A stretch of 63,149 nucleotides of DNA, filler included, from Octopus bimaculoides (Eukaryota): the NCBI RefSeq assembly GCF_001194135.2. It is 6 parts of 6 records of this genome, joined end to end, with 100 filler letters (N's around TTAATTAATTAA, not from the genome) between each part and the next. Parts side by side here need not be neighbours in the genome. Positions count along the whole stretch, not along the records: positions 60,085 to 63,149 come from NC_068985.1; 5 more parts are not named here. One strand, given 5' to 3'. The notes beneath the pieces were generated by a model, which saw only the letters and a list, made by a program, of their open reading frames with translations, ran no database searches and was not told the origin of the DNA. The position numbers and the translations under genes were made by a program. This document shows positions 62,358-63,149 of this stretch, in pieces (the stretch's first letter is position 1; every line of letters begins with the position of its first letter).

Positions 62358-62735
62358 TAGACGCAGGCGTGGCTGTGTGGTAAATAGTTATCTTCCAAAA
62401 AGCACATGTTTCCGGGTTCAGTCCCACTGCATGGCATCTTAGTCCAGTGTCTTTTAGAATAGCTGCGGGTCGACCAAAGTGGATTTGTTAGACGGAAACT
62501 GAAAGAAGCCCATCATATATATATATGTGTGTGTGTGTAAGCGTGCGTGCATGTGTGTGTGTGTGCATGTGTGTGTGTGCATGCGTGCGTGTATGCGTGA
62601 GTTTGTACCCTACTACAGTTTGACAATTGGTATTGTTGTGTTTACGGCCCCATAACATTGCTGTTCAGCGGAACGGACCGATAGAATAAGTAACGGGCAT
62701 TAAAAAAGTTCTGGAGTCAATCAATTCCTTCGATT
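62358..62735 (+). mobile_element. SINE family A, diverged
   Basis: GCAGGCGTGGCTGTGTGG..GGGTTCAGTCCCACTGC..GACGGAAACTGAAAGAAGCCC..microsatellite..GATAGAATAAGTA. Confidence 0.85.
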
Positions 62736-62739
62736 AAAG

Positions 62740-62815
62740 TGTACTTTAATTTCACGAGCAGGCTGTTCCGTTGATCAGATCAACTGGAACCATTGTCATT
62801 GTAACGGTCGTAGAG
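62740..62815 (+). mobile_element. SINE family C 3' fragment
   Basis: TTAATTTCACGAGCAGGCTGTTCCGTTGATCAGATCAACTGGAACC. Confidence 0.8.
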
Positions 62816-63116
62816 TGAGGGTCTTATTTATATGGGTAGATAAGAATTTGTTTTATCTGTTTATCATCACAATGTGGCAGTCCTACACAGGACGATGTTA
62901 CTACTGTTAAGCCCCAGGAAAACATCTTTTCCAGCTGGCTACCAACACATGGTCTGTGTCCGTATACTATGAGCAAGGGACTTTATTACTCTCTTTCTAG
63001 CCTTAAAGATGCCTGTAAAACAATGTTTTAAGGCATTGTGTAGGTTCATTCAAGCGCTTGCACGTGTTTGTGCGTGTGTGAGCGTGCGAATGTATGCATG
63101 TGTATGTGTGTATACA

Positions 63117-63149
<33 letters not shown>

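Overview
AT-rich, microsatellite-dense eukaryotic draft scaffold with many N gaps. The SINE families and repeat landscape point to an octopus/coleoid cephalopod (my inference, not database-confirmed). No complete protein-coding gene can be assembled. Most of the window is decayed mobile DNA: at least four tRNA-derived or SINE-like families (my labels A-D), RTE, CR1/L2-like, L1/Tx1-like and R4/Dong LINEs, Penelope-like elements, a Gypsy RT fragment, mariner DD34D and maT DD37D transposons, hAT/Tc1/Merlin-like MITEs and Helitron-like elements. Host-gene signals are limited to a CpG-rich promoter-like island at ~42.1-42.4 kb (NRF1-, YY1- and ETS-type motifs) and a few low-confidence candidate exons. 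The most unusual items are an 89-bp MITE carrying telomere-like repeats, a miniature two-ended Dong/R4 derivative inside (TAA)n, a LINE-like tail with three C2H2-like fingers, and near-identical inverted SINEs flanking the promoter. Most long ORFs in the track are artefacts of microsatellites and N runs. I see no strong evidence for a wholly new biological system.
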